DNA from: a virus
Lineage: Duplodnaviria > Caudoviricetes
Strand: one strand, 5' to 3'
IMG/VR virus record: IMGVR_UViG_3300033072_000326
Location: 24,043 to 88,042 of that record
DNA: 64,000 nt
Every line of letters starts with the position of its first letter. Position 1 is the stretch's first letter. This document shows positions 9,193 to 19,118 of this stretch, piece after piece. Both the position numbers and the translations under genes were made by a program. The notes under the pieces are model-generated. The model was not told the origin of the DNA, did no database searches, and worked only from the letters and a program-made list of their open reading frames with translations.

Positions 9193-9914
9193 TGTCCTAC
9201 CTGCATTCAATTGCCGCTGGTTGGATGGTGAATAAATACACGTCTATGCCTGCAAAGGTGGTGAGATTTGATTTTGAGAACCAGTGTGTAGATATCATCC
9301 CTTGGATTAATGTAGTCGATACAGGCACTAATGATGAACTACAGCGACCTATGGTGGCAGCTGTGCCTATCTTGTTTCCTTGCTCCAGTACCAGCGCAAT
9401 TACTTTCCCAATTAAAGAGGGTGACTTTGTTTTAGCTGTTTGGTCAATGCGTGCTGTTGATTTGTGGAAACAAAATGGCTCTTCTTCTCCAACAGACTTT
9501 CGAATGTTTGACATTCAAGATGCATTTGCAATCCCTTGTACATTCCCGCGTGACCGAGCAAAGACGAGACACGGACAATCTCCTGACGATTTAGTGTTGG
9601 TGCATAATATCGGTGGTAGTCAGAATGAAATTCATCTGAAAGCCAATGGAGACATTGTAGCAAGGAGCCCTACAACATTCAAGGTGGAATGCTCTGAGTT
9701 TGTTGTAGATGCTTCTAACGCAACAATCAATGCTCCAACAGCCGTGAATGGAACAGCATCAATTAGCGGCAAGACAACAATGTCTGCTGGCTTTGACAGC
9801 AATGCGGCTTCCACTGTAACTGGTGGTATTGGTATTGACGGAATCCAATTTGGTGATCACAGACACCATTACGACGATGATGGTAATGATGAAATTACGG
9901 GAGTACCTGTTTAA
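9192..9914 (+). CDS. Baseplate central spike (gp138-like)
   Basis: VPILFP......FPIKEGD N-domain, beta-helix region and C-terminal HRH metal site. Confidence 0.8.
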   Translation: MSYLHSIAAGWMVNKYTSMPAKVVRFDFENQCVDIIPWINVVDTGTNDELQRPMVAAVPILFPCSSTSAITFPIKEGDFVLAVWSMRAVDLWKQNGSSSPTDFRMFDIQDAFAIPCTFPRDRAKTRHGQSPDDLVLVHNIGGSQNEIHLKANGDIVARSPTTFKVECSEFVVDASNATINAPTAVNGTASISGKTTMSAGFDSNAASTVTGGIGIDGIQFGDHRHHYDDDGNDEITGVPV

Positions 9915-10279
9915 TGGACATTCTACTGATTAAAGAAACAGGTGATGCTGCCTTCCAGAATGGAGCAATTCCAGTAACAGATGAAGCAAGACAGAGTGTT
10001 GCACAGCGATTGACAATTCTTTTGTCTACATTCAAAGCTGAGTGGTTTATAGATCAAGACTACGGCATCGACTACATTGGTCAAGTAATGGGACGTAAGC
10101 GCAGTAAGAGTGCAATTGATACATTGTTCCAATCTGCTATCCTCTCTGAACCACTCGTTAAATCCATTGCTTCATTCTCTTCTGATATTGGCAGCGATAG
10201 AAAATATTCTGTTACATTCACAGCTATTACAGACACAGGTGAAATAACAGAGCCTATAACAATTAACTTAGGACTCTAA
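9914..10279 (+). CDS. Baseplate wedge protein (gp25/DUF2634-like)
   Basis: QRL.I.L.TF..EWF.D..YG motif. Confidence 0.75.
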   Translation: MDILLIKETGDAAFQNGAIPVTDEARQSVAQRLTILLSTFKAEWFIDQDYGIDYIGQVMGRKRSKSAIDTLFQSAILSEPLVKSIASFSSDIGSDRKYSVTFTAITDTGEITEPITINLGL

Positions 10280-10280
10280 T

Positions 10281-11726
10281 ATGGCAGGAATCACAGAGCA
10301 AGGGTTTGACATTAAACGCCTTGACACTCTGCTAGCAGAAAGACGAGCGCAAGCTGTAGCTCTGTTCCAAGAGCTTGTTCCAGAGGGTGAGGTGGTGGAT
10401 ACATCCAACTCTTCTCTTCTAGGACGATTGATTGCTCTCGTCACTCCTTCTGAAGCAGACCTGTGGGAAGCAATGCTTTCTACATACCAATCTTTTGACC
10501 CTGAACAAGCCTTTGGTGTTTCTCTGGATAACATTGTAACACTGTCTGGTTTGACACGATTTGCAGCTAAGGCAACAACAGCTCAATGTCTGTTTGAAAT
10601 TGCTCCAGCAACAACGCTGACAACAGCACAGCAAGTGAGTAGTAGTGTTAGTGGGAAACGCTTTGCTCTTACAGAAACTGTTACATTCTCTCTTGCAGCA
10701 GCTAGTTCTGTCAAGATTGTTGTTCCAACAATTAGCAATTCCACAACATACAGCGTTGCATATAAAGCTTCCGGTACAACAGATTCCCCAACTGTACGTT
10801 CTTATACATCCGATAGTTCTGCAACACAAGACGAGGTGTTGAATGGCATTGTAGCCGCTTTTGCTTCAGATGCATCCTTTACGGCTACGCGAGATGGTAC
10901 AACCATTTACATTAAAGCCAACGACCCTCTGTTGCGCCGTGACTTTACGCTTACCAACACAGCAGCTTCATTCGTATTCCGCGTAGCCACTGTTGAGTGT
11001 ACAGAAACTGGCATTGTAGAGCAAGCTCCAAACACCATTGCAACGATTGATACACCTGTTATTGGTTGGGCAAGCGTAAACAACCCAGTTGCAGCTGTTG
11101 TTGGTAATGATTTAGAAACAGACGAAGAGTTGCGTCTACGCTTCAAACAGAACAAAGCACGTAGTTCTACAGGCACTGTAACAGCTCTTTATTCTGCTTT
11201 GACAGCTCTTGACAGCGTAGCAGAAGTTAAGGTGGTAGAGAACGATACAAACGCAACAGACAGTAATGGTCTGCCTGCTAAATCGTTTATGTGTATTGTG
11301 GATGGCGGTAATAGCTCCGACATTGCTAATGCAATCTGGCAGAAGAAACCAGCTGGCGTGTTGGCTTATGGGAATACATCTGTTTCTGTCGTAGACAGCC
11401 AAGGCTTTAGCCATAACATCAGCTTCCAACGTGCAGCTGATGTGAACGTGTATATTGATCTGAACATCTCCACATACACTGGCGCTCCACCAACAGCTGT
11501 TGCAGACATCAAGGCTGCTCTTGTTGCTTATATTGATGCGCTGAAGATTGGTGATGATGTTGTTTACTCACGCCTATTCACACCTATCAACACTGTTGCT
11601 GGCGTTCAAGTGAACAGCATGTTCATTGGTACAAGTGCAAGTCCAACAGGTACGGCAAACATTCCTGTGTCTCTGACACAAAAAGCATTCACACAAAATA
11701 CATTCATCACCATCACTGTTGTGTAA
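10281..11726 (+). CDS. Baseplate J-like protein
   Basis: G.SLD.I..L.GL.R and ETDEELR.R motifs; C-terminal IGDDV.YSRL. Confidence 0.85.
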   Translation: MAGITEQGFDIKRLDTLLAERRAQAVALFQELVPEGEVVDTSNSSLLGRLIALVTPSEADLWEAMLSTYQSFDPEQAFGVSLDNIVTLSGLTRFAAKATTAQCLFEIAPATTLTTAQQVSSSVSGKRFALTETVTFSLAAASSVKIVVPTISNSTTYSVAYKASGTTDSPTVRSYTSDSSATQDEVLNGIVAAFASDASFTATRDGTTIYIKANDPLLRRDFTLTNTAASFVFRVATVECTETGIVEQAPNTIATIDTPVIGWASVNNPVAAVVGNDLETDEELRLRFKQNKARSSTGTVTALYSALTALDSVAEVKVVENDTNATDSNGLPAKSFMCIVDGGNSSDIANAIWQKKPAGVLAYGNTSVSVVDSQGFSHNISFQRAADVNVYIDLNISTYTGAPPTAVADIKAALVAYIDALKIGDDVVYSRLFTPINTVAGVQVNSMFIGTSASPTGTANIPVSLTQKAFTQNTFITITVV

Positions 11727-11735
11727 GGAGAGAAT

Positions 11736-12458
11736 ATGGCTCTGAACACATTTAACAAGGTGGAATACTATGATGAAGCCAAAACACGGTATACAGATTT
11801 CCTAACAGATAAGCCCGTCTTTGATAAGTATGTACAGCTGATGTTGAACGAGAAAATCAACATTCAAAAAGCTATGCAAGACTTGATGCAACTGAGAAGC
11901 TTGGACACAGCCAAAGGTGTTCATCTTGACAATATCGGTAACATTGTTGGACAAGAACGCATTCTAGTTGACACTGGACTGTACATATATTTCGGTTGGG
12001 AAGAAGACCCTACAGCTGGTACTTGGGCTGATGATAATGTTCCCTCTTCTGGTTATCAATGGATTAGTGAAGATACAGCAGAAAATCTCACAGACTTTGT
12101 TTACATTGATGATGATACATATCGTTTGTTCATTCGCAGTAAAATATTGAAGAACATCTCAGGTATTAGTCCAGAAGAAATTATTCAATTCTTCAATTTC
12201 CTCTTCAACACCACATCTACAAAACTGACAGAACTTTACCCTAACACCTGCATTATTGGTATTGGTAAAGAGTTGTCATTCCAAGAAAAACAATTCCTCA
12301 ATTACAGCGTTGCCAATCCATCCTATTCAGATAAGTTGTTCCCAAAACCTGCCGGTGTTAGCTTTCAATTCCTAGAGCTACAAACTCCGTTCTTCGGTTT
12401 TGCAGGGACGACAGGTGCTGCTGGGTTTGGTGTTGGTAAGCTTTCGGGAGCTATTTAA
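11736..12458 (+). CDS. Baseplate wedge protein (DUF2612-like)
   Basis: LDTAKG.HLD.IG.IVG and DD..YR..IR.KI motifs; PKPAGV. Confidence 0.8.
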   Translation: MALNTFNKVEYYDEAKTRYTDFLTDKPVFDKYVQLMLNEKINIQKAMQDLMQLRSLDTAKGVHLDNIGNIVGQERILVDTGLYIYFGWEEDPTAGTWADDNVPSSGYQWISEDTAENLTDFVYIDDDTYRLFIRSKILKNISGISPEEIIQFFNFLFNTTSTKLTELYPNTCIIGIGKELSFQEKQFLNYSVANPSYSDKLFPKPAGVSFQFLELQTPFFGFAGTTGAAGFGVGKLSGAI

Positions 12459-13309
12459 TGGCAGAGACAAGTAAGCCAAGTTATGCATACACATGGGCGT
12501 CTGGTGGTGATAAACAGACGCTTACACAAACAATCATACAACAAGGTTGGACAGTAGCAAAACCTTCTTTCCAACGCGCAAATGCTGTCGAGAGTCGTCA
12601 AGACTTGATGCTCCAACACATCGACCAACATGGTGTTCCGGTTTGGAGCAGTGACACAGAGTATTTTGCAAATAAGAGTTGGGTGACAGGCAGTAATGGT
12701 GAACTATATCGGGCTGTAGCCGACTCCGTAGGCGTAAACCCTGTTGGGGATACAAGCAATAAATGGTATCGTGTACTAGATGAATTCTTCACTAAGACAC
12801 AATCCGACGCCCGTTATCTGGGGTTAGCTGTCCCTAGTGGTGCAGTATTTCACTTCGCTATGCAGACAGCTCCGGCTGGCTATTTGGTATGTAACGGCGC
12901 TGCCGTGTCTCGTGCAGCCTTCCCAGCTCTGTTTGCTGCTATTGGTACATTGTACGGCAACGGTGATGGTAGTACAACATTCAATCTCCCTGATTTACGC
13001 GGGGAGTTTATTCGTGGTGTTGACCTTGGGAAAGGTATAGACAGCGGTCGAGTGTTTGGTAGCAAGCAAAAAGGCAGTTTGGTGGGAGGTTATGACGACA
13101 ACAGCACTGCCTCCGATATTGCACCTCTTCCTAACAAAGCAACAAACGATTACGGCACAGATACTTTCCTACCCTCCGATTACGGTATCACTGCTGTTGG
13201 GTACGGTAGTGTAGTTGGGGGAGGTACTTATCCTGTTACACAAGCAAACAGCTGGTATGGTGTTACTAGACCAACCAACGTGGCGCTACTTCCGTGTATT
13301 AAGGTGTAA
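12458..13309 (+). CDS. Tail fibre protein 1 with tail collar domain
   Basis: VPSGAV.HFA...APAGYL.CNG..VSR..FP.LF.AIG..YG.GDGSTTFNLPDLRGEFIRG collar motif. Confidence 0.85.
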   Translation: MAETSKPSYAYTWASGGDKQTLTQTIIQQGWTVAKPSFQRANAVESRQDLMLQHIDQHGVPVWSSDTEYFANKSWVTGSNGELYRAVADSVGVNPVGDTSNKWYRVLDEFFTKTQSDARYLGLAVPSGAVFHFAMQTAPAGYLVCNGAAVSRAAFPALFAAIGTLYGNGDGSTTFNLPDLRGEFIRGVDLGKGIDSGRVFGSKQKGSLVGGYDDNSTASDIAPLPNKATNDYGTDTFLPSDYGITAVGYGSVVGGGTYPVTQANSWYGVTRPTNVALLPCIKV

Positions 13310-13315
13310 AGCAAT

Positions 13316-13753
13316 ATGGATGCACTACTGGCAACTCTAACACCAGAAACACTGGATGTTGTATTTAAATACGGTGGTGCATCACTGTTTCTTCTGATTA
13401 TCTTCTACTGGCTTGCAAACAACTTGAAAATGAGTATGTTTGAGCAGGGGATGAAACAGGATGCATATACAGCTTTAACAAAACAGCTTACAGATTTACG
13501 GGAAGATTTTGATAAAGAGCGGGACAAGCTCGAAGAAGCTTATAAGCAACGTAATGAAGCCATTTCAGAGCTGAAGAAATGGCAAATGCTTGCCGAACGA
13601 ATGGAAGTGGAGATGCAAGAGATGAAGGAAGAGCTTCGCGCTAATAACGAGTTTATTCGTGAAGTGTTGAACTCCATATATGTATTTGCAGCAACGCACC
13701 CCCAAGAGGCATCTCTTTTACATATCCCTGTGCTTCCACAGAAAAACAAATAA
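13316..13753 (+). CDS. Membrane protein with coiled coil (putative holin/antiholin)
   Basis: One N-terminal hydrophobic segment then a long charged helix. Confidence 0.45.
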   Translation: MDALLATLTPETLDVVFKYGGASLFLLIIFYWLANNLKMSMFEQGMKQDAYTALTKQLTDLREDFDKERDKLEEAYKQRNEAISELKKWQMLAERMEVEMQEMKEELRANNEFIREVLNSIYVFAATHPQEASLLHIPVLPQKNK

Positions 13754-13762
13754 GGAATAAAT

Positions 13763-15022
13763 ATGGCAGACATTCAAAAACCTGACATGGCAAAGACATG
13801 GGCAAATGCGGGAGATAAAACACCGCCTGCTGATAGCTTAATCAATACTGGTTGGAATAGTGGAGATATTCCGGCAAATACTGATTTTAACTTTATTGAT
13901 GCACGCCAAGATCAGGGTGTTGCATATATGTTGCAAAAAGGTATTCCCGAGTGGGATAGTGCAACTGAATATCAGGCAAATAAAAGTTGGGTGCAATATG
14001 GTGGTAAAATTTATAAGGCAATCCAAACAGGTGTAAACAAGCAACCAAATACACAGACAGCTTACTGGCAGGATGCCACTTTCAGCAACGTCACCGCCCC
14101 TGATGTTGACCCGTCTAGGAAGCTCCGAGTGGTTGCCGGTGTACTTAGGAATACTGGTACTGGCTGGGATTGGATTAATAATAGCGGACATACACCCGTA
14201 GGTTTTGGTGCCGTATCTGTCGTTGGTAATGCTATACGTGTAAATTACACATTTACTGCTAATAAAGTAGTGTCCTTGGTTGTATGTCCTGATGAGACAT
14301 TTGCTCTCCAAGGATTATCTTGTGGTGCCAGTGTAGGTACGACTTATTCCGACATCTTCTTGGCTGCTCCTCTGAAATTTACAGTGGACTGTGCTACCAA
14401 TGCAGTAATATCGCCAGATATTTTCTCCGGTCTAGTAACCTCAAGCAATGCATCTGGTGTCACTACCATCTCCCACCCTTCGTGTACAGCAAACTATGCA
14501 CCATCTTCATCGCAACTTCGGAAGACAAACGGGGATATGGGGCTGTACCCAACATTTGGTTATGCTAGTAATGCCACATATATAGAGCACAATACTGGCT
14601 TGTCAGGCTTATATCAATATAGCAGTGGTTGGGCACTTTTTACAGATATAGACACAACAAGACATCCATTTACTGCAACATGGAATGCGGTAGCAGGTGC
14701 TCTGGATATAACCCACCCAGCATGTGGTAATAATTACGATATCCAATTAACATCTCGTGGCACGCTTATCCCAGTCATCTCCTCCACAGCAGGTACTTTT
14801 GATAAGACAAAGTTTCGTGTTGAGTTTTACGACTACGCCGGTGTTAAAGTTACAGCACAATCTTCTGCTATGAATTTTTCATTCGCAAGACAAGCAGTTT
14901 GTCGTTCTCTAACTGTGTCAAATGGCCTTTACTCTATAGATAGAGGTTATGCAACATTAGACCCATCGCAATTGGTATCCAGCACAGGAAACCTGTGGGT
15001 GTACGGTATTATGGAGGTATGA
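13763..15022 (+). CDS. Tail fibre/spike protein 2
   Basis: N-terminus homologous to fibre 1 (KP....TWA..GDK; W...TEY.ANKSWV); beta-rich C-terminal part. Confidence 0.75.
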   Translation: MADIQKPDMAKTWANAGDKTPPADSLINTGWNSGDIPANTDFNFIDARQDQGVAYMLQKGIPEWDSATEYQANKSWVQYGGKIYKAIQTGVNKQPNTQTAYWQDATFSNVTAPDVDPSRKLRVVAGVLRNTGTGWDWINNSGHTPVGFGAVSVVGNAIRVNYTFTANKVVSLVVCPDETFALQGLSCGASVGTTYSDIFLAAPLKFTVDCATNAVISPDIFSGLVTSSNASGVTTISHPSCTANYAPSSSQLRKTNGDMGLYPTFGYASNATYIEHNTGLSGLYQYSSGWALFTDIDTTRHPFTATWNAVAGALDITHPACGNNYDIQLTSRGTLIPVISSTAGTFDKTKFRVEFYDYAGVKVTAQSSAMNFSFARQAVCRSLTVSNGLYSIDRGYATLDPSQLVSSTGNLWVYGIMEV

Positions 15023-15023
15023 T

Positions 15024-15458
15024 ATGACAACTAAAAAACAATTCACCCTATCTGAGCGTTCTATCAAATCCTTGACGGGTGTAGACAAACGCCTTCAAGA
15101 TGTTGTAAAACTGGCTCTATCTTATAGCACAGAAGACTTCTTTGTCAACGAAGGGAAGCGTTCTGTCGAACGGCAACGTCTCCTTGTCTCTCAAGGTGCA
15201 AGTAAGACAATGAACAGCAAACACATTACAGGCCATGCTGTCGATTTGGTTCCTGTTGCTGTCAAAGGTGTTATTCCTTGGAACGACAGTAAGAAGTTTG
15301 ACGCCATTGGTAAGGCGATGTTCAAAGCGGCAGCAGAACTTGGTGTTAAGATTCGCTGGGGTAAGGATTGGAATGGGAACGGTATTGCGGACGAGAAGTT
15401 TGTAGACTCTCCTCATTTCGAGTTGCTTGACACAGCAACATTCCAGAAGGGATTTTGA
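15024..15458 (+). CDS. Endolysin, peptidase M15 (L-Ala-D-Glu type)
   Basis: EG.RS.ERQ, SKHITGHAVDL, RWG.DW, DSPHFEL. Confidence 0.9.
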   Translation: MTTKKQFTLSERSIKSLTGVDKRLQDVVKLALSYSTEDFFVNEGKRSVERQRLLVSQGASKTMNSKHITGHAVDLVPVAVKGVIPWNDSKKFDAIGKAMFKAAAELGVKIRWGKDWNGNGIADEKFVDSPHFELLDTATFQKGF

Positions 15459-15461
15459 ACG

Positions 15462-15653
15462 ATGACTAAGTTACAGCGAATGAAGCAGCATTGTATTGAC
15501 TTGCTTGCTGAAGCCAGTACATGGCGTTCTCTGATGTTCTTTGCTGCTTTGGCTTGTGGACATAACCTAGATTGGCCTGAAGAACAGCAACTATTTGTTG
15601 CAACATCAGCTGCCTATGCTATTGGTTTGTTCTTCAAGGACAAGACAAAATGA
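15462..15653 (+). CDS. Small membrane protein, putative holin
   Basis: 63 aa with two hydrophobic segments, between endolysin and spanins. Confidence 0.5.
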   Translation: MTKLQRMKQHCIDLLAEASTWRSLMFFAALACGHNLDWPEEQQLFVATSAAYAIGLFFKDKTK

Positions 15654-15985
15654 ACTTCATGACGGAGGGTTTGTACAAGGCTGTACCTGCCCTTCTCATT
15701 GTCATTGCTCTGTTTGCTTCAGGGTGGATGGTGAGAGGGTGGAGTGATGCTGAAGAGAATAGGCAGCAAGAACAGGCTATTGCAGAGAAACGCATTGCTA
15801 TTGAAACAATGTCTAAAGATGTTCTTGTGCAGCTTAAAGATACGTTGTCTAACATTGAAAAGCAAGGTGTTAAAGAGCGTACAATTATTCAGAAGGAAAC
15901 AGAGAAGCCAGTTTACAAACAACAATGCATTGAACAAAGCGGTATGGACATGGTGAATAACATGGCGAAAGGAACGGGCAAATGA
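15650..15985 (+). CDS. i-spanin (Rz-like)
   Basis: N-terminal TM ..ASGWMVRGW, coiled coil, C-terminal VY..QCI...G. Confidence 0.8.
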   Translation: MNFMTEGLYKAVPALLIVIALFASGWMVRGWSDAEENRQQEQAIAEKRIAIETMSKDVLVQLKDTLSNIEKQGVKERTIIQKETEKPVYKQQCIEQSGMDMVNNMAKGTGK

Positions 15986-16260
15986 AACAACTTCTTCTTG
16001 TGTTCTCCATGCTGCTGTTGTCTGCATGTGCTACACAACGCGTTGTTCTTCCCCCTGAAGTGTTTAAGCAAGAAATGACGCAAATGTGTGAGCCACAACT
16101 TGCACAGCTTCAAGGGAAAGATGGAAAGGCTGTTATGGTGACATTTCAGCTTTGGCACGAAAGCTACAGGCAATGTGAGGCTTTGAACAATAGCAAAGCT
16201 CAATACATGCTCAAGCTGCAAGAGATTTTTAAACAAAACAACAAGCTGTTTGAATATTAA
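15982..16260 (+). CDS. o-spanin lipoprotein (Rz1-like)
   Basis: Signal peptide with lipobox LSAC; further cysteines; 4-nt overlap with i-spanin. Confidence 0.8.
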   Translation: MKQLLLVFSMLLLSACATQRVVLPPEVFKQEMTQMCEPQLAQLQGKDGKAVMVTFQLWHESYRQCEALNNSKAQYMLKLQEIFKQNNKLFEY

Positions 16261-16265
16261 ACAAA

Positions 16266-16287
16266 GCCCCTCCGTAATTGGAGGGGC
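16266..16287. terminator. Bidirectional terminator at convergent junction
   Basis: GCCCCTCC-GTAATT-GGAGGGGC flanked by AAA and TTTT. Confidence 0.8.
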
Positions 16288-16307
16288 ATTTTCCTATTGT
16301 TTAAATT

Positions 16308-16628
16308 TTAAAAGGACAGGTACACAAGAAGCCAACCAAGTGTCAGGGCGAGCGGAACTTGCCCTGTGGTCTGAATTGCCTCTTCACCTGACAACTCACC
16401 TTTAACCTTTTGCCAGATATTGTACAAACTCATGTGATGATGAACAAACAGCATTTGGAAAAGAGACAGAAGGCCAAACATTTCCCAGAATGTAGGGACA
16501 TACCATCCAAACTTCGCTGCTGCAATTGCATAAGCTTTCAGTGTAATCCACGGGTTGTAAAAGATTGAGCCAATGAAAATTGACAATACAATAAGTGCTA
16601 CTACGATATTTGCCTTGTTTTCTTTCAT
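16308..16628 (-). CDS. Hypothetical membrane protein
   Basis: SD present; several hydrophobic segments. Confidence 0.6.
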   Translation of the reverse strand: MKENKANIVVALIVLSIFIGSIFYNPWITLKAYAIAAAKFGWYVPTFWEMFGLLSLFQMLFVHHHMSLYNIWQKVKGELSGEEAIQTTGQVPLALTLGWLLVYLSF

Positions 16629-16638
16629 TCTTCTCTCC

Positions 16639-16917
16639 TTACAGACCAGCCAGTGTAGCGGCTTCGTTAATCAGCGCCTGTTGCGTCTTAGCTTGAGACT
16701 TGGCGTACAAACTTAGAGATTTCTTCAGTGCCTTAATTTGATTCTTATGTTCCTTCTTGTCCCAACCCAATGTTTCAATAAGTGACTCAACCTCGTCCTT
16801 CTGGAGTTGCTTAGTTTTGTCAATATCTCGTTGACTCTGGTTATATGCAGCTCGTGCTGCTTTGTACAGTTCCAGTTGATGCGGATTCAGCATTACAGCA
16901 AAGTTCAGTTCGTTCAT
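16639..16917 (-). CDS. Hypothetical helical protein (possible dsDNA-binding)
   Basis: SD AGGAG; all-helical and basic; function is a guess. Confidence 0.55.
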   Translation of the reverse strand: MNELNFAVMLNPHQLELYKAARAAYNQSQRDIDKTKQLQKDEVESLIETLGWDKKEHKNQIKALKKSLSLYAKSQAKTQQALINEAATLAGL

Positions 16918-16931
16918 TGTGTTTCTCCTTC

Positions 16932-17132
16932 TTAGTTGTTAATAATTTGTTTCAGACGAGCTGCAATATCGAGGGCTTTGAAATCGTCACCTACAGACAT
17001 ACCCATCTCAAAAGCATCATCGTAATTACCACTGTCCCAATACTGAAGTTCACCGTTCTCGTATTGTTCCAGCATTTCATCGTCAACACCGTTAAGTAGT
17101 TCATCAATCAGGGCTTGGATTTGGTCTTTCAT
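16932..17132 (-). CDS. Small acidic hypothetical protein
   Basis: SD AGGAG; D/E-rich 66 aa. Confidence 0.6.
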   Translation of the reverse strand: MKDQIQALIDELLNGVDDEMLEQYENGELQYWDSGNYDDAFEMGMSVGDDFKALDIAARLKQIINN

Positions 17133-17352
17133 GACTATTTCTCCTCTATATTAAAAGTAAAACTACCAGTAGCATTCTTACGAGCATTGTACGCTTTGTA
17201 AACTTCTACAACATGCTCATTAGGCGCTGGTGGATTATCAATCAACTCCTGCACGAAGTCAACATCTTCTTGCGTTAGTTTCAAGTTAATATCTTCCACA
17301 ATCTCTCCTTTAATTTGGAAGCCACACCATGTGGCCTCCCGTCATGTTTTAC

Positions 17353-17381
17353 ATCTTACTCGGTGTAGCTTCAGTTGTCAA
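17353..17381 (-). promoter_or_regulatory. Sigma70-like promoter
   Basis: TTGACA-17 nt-TAAGAT. Confidence 0.55.
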
Positions 17382-17396
17382 GGATTTCTTTACAAC

Positions 17397-19118
17397 TCAT
17401 TGGCAAGCCAAGCATTCACCAGAGCTACTACTCACAACACCACGACTGCTGTAGATGTAATAGAGCGATAGAATGTCTTCGTTTTCAAAAGCCTCTTGAT
17501 GCACTTCAGCAATCTGCTCTTCAGAGGCATTACCTGCAAAGAACAAGTTGAGTGACTGACCTTGGCAAACGCGACGTTGACGAGCTGCTGCCATACGCAC
17601 AATTGCTTTCTGGTCAATCTCAAAAGCTGTCTTGAACACAAGCTTCTCTTCTGGAGTGAGCCAATCAACATGCTGTACACTGCCCTGACCAACAACAGTA
17701 TCGCTGATACACTTCTCTACGTCAAGACCTTTCTTCTTAATCAGTTCAAGAAGCACAGGGTTAATACGATCTACTTCACCAGCAGACGTGAGCTGTGTGA
17801 ACGACATAGCCATATCTGGGTTAATGCCTTCGCTAATGCCGCCATAAATCAGTGCTGTACTCTTCGTAGGCGCAATTGCTGTGCGATGTGTAAACCGCAC
17901 ACCGTAACCTTCGCACCACTCAGGTTCCCCAAGAACAGACGCAAGCCACTTAGATGCTTCTAGAGACTGTTTATCAATCTGCCCCGCAATCTGATTGGAG
18001 AGCATGTGAGCTTCCAAACCTTCAAACGGAATCATCTTCTTCTGGAACAGAGTGTGTAGCCCACCTTGCCCCAAACCAATTGCTCGACCTTTAATAGTAG
18101 AAGCAATGGCTTTCTCCAGACCTTTCACTTTGCTGCCATTTTCAATGAAATCGCTGACAACACAATCTAAGAAAACAGTGGCAATAAACACAGCATCTGT
18201 ATCTTTCCATTCATCCCATTTGCTGTCATTCATCCAAGACAGCACGCAAGTGTAGGTGTAGTCTTTGGAGGAGTGCAGGAAGATTTCAGAACAAAGTTGA
18301 CTTGCTTTTACATCCAACCCTTTGTCAATGTACATTTGTGGCCGTTGACGATTTGCTTTGTCTACGAACATGAAGTAGCCACGCCCAAAAATCATCTTCA
18401 GCTTCAGAGCTTTCTTGAAACGACGATGTGCTTCTTTATCACCAGCATTCAGTTTGTCAATAAACTTGTCACGGATAATCCAACCAATATTACGACCATC
18501 AGGCTCTTTCTCAATAACACCAACAAGCTCATCAAAGTCACCATGTTCGATGTCAACATAGCCAGCCCATCCACCTCGACGGTTAGCCCCTTGGCTCACA
18601 TCTTCCATGTCCTGAACAAAGTGATTGTATACAGGAACCAGACCAGCTGCCGTACCACCACGAGAGATGATACTACCACGAGGCCGAATACTGCTCAAAT
18701 CAGTTGCAGTACCAAAACCTTCCTTGGTGAGCATAGCAACTTCACGATAGGCGTCGTAGAAACCTAACACACTATCTTCGATAACGCTGCCTGCACAACT
18801 GACAGAACAACCACGATCAGTCCCCATGTTGGCAAGGATTGGTGTACTACCTGCCATCCAGCCCTTCCACATAATCTCGAAGAAGGCAGACTCCCAAGTA
18901 CGACCTACAGGCCAGTTTGGAGGATAGACAGATGGGGCATGTTTTGCTGCTGTCTTTGCAATCCGCTCAAATTGTTCTCGGACGTTAGTTGCTTTGTAGA
19001 GGTATTTGTTCTTGAACATCTGCCAACCTGCTGTAGCCATCCAGTCCGGAATCAAACCCTCTTGCTGCATCACCTTACGTTCCATGCTTAGTGCTTCATA
19101 CGCATTCACTACAGTCAT
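17397..19118 (-). CDS. nrdA: Ribonucleotide reductase class Ia alpha subunit (no ATP cone)
   Basis: STPILAN, SCAG, SQLCSEI, AIAPT.ST, CQGQSLNLF, C-terminal CLAC. Confidence 0.95.
   Translation of the reverse strand: MTVVNAYEALSMERKVMQQEGLIPDWMATAGWQMFKNKYLYKATNVREQFERIAKTAAKHAPSVYPPNWPVGRTWESAFFEIMWKGWMAGSTPILANMGTDRGCSVSCAGSVIEDSVLGFYDAYREVAMLTKEGFGTATDLSSIRPRGSIISRGGTAAGLVPVYNHFVQDMEDVSQGANRRGGWAGYVDIEHGDFDELVGVIEKEPDGRNIGWIIRDKFIDKLNAGDKEAHRRFKKALKLKMIFGRGYFMFVDKANRQRPQMYIDKGLDVKASQLCSEIFLHSSKDYTYTCVLSWMNDSKWDEWKDTDAVFIATVFLDCVVSDFIENGSKVKGLEKAIASTIKGRAIGLGQGGLHTLFQKKMIPFEGLEAHMLSNQIAGQIDKQSLEASKWLASVLGEPEWCEGYGVRFTHRTAIAPTKSTALIYGGISEGINPDMAMSFTQLTSAGEVDRINPVLLELIKKKGLDVEKCISDTVVGQGSVQHVDWLTPEEKLVFKTAFEIDQKAIVRMAAARQRRVCQGQSLNLFFAGNASEEQIAEVHQEAFENEDILSLYYIYSSRGVVSSSSGECLACQ

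Noticed and set aside
17317-17340. GC-rich hairpin GGAGGCCAC/GTGGCTTCC as a terminator
   Set aside because: No U tract on the coding (minus) strand; role unclear
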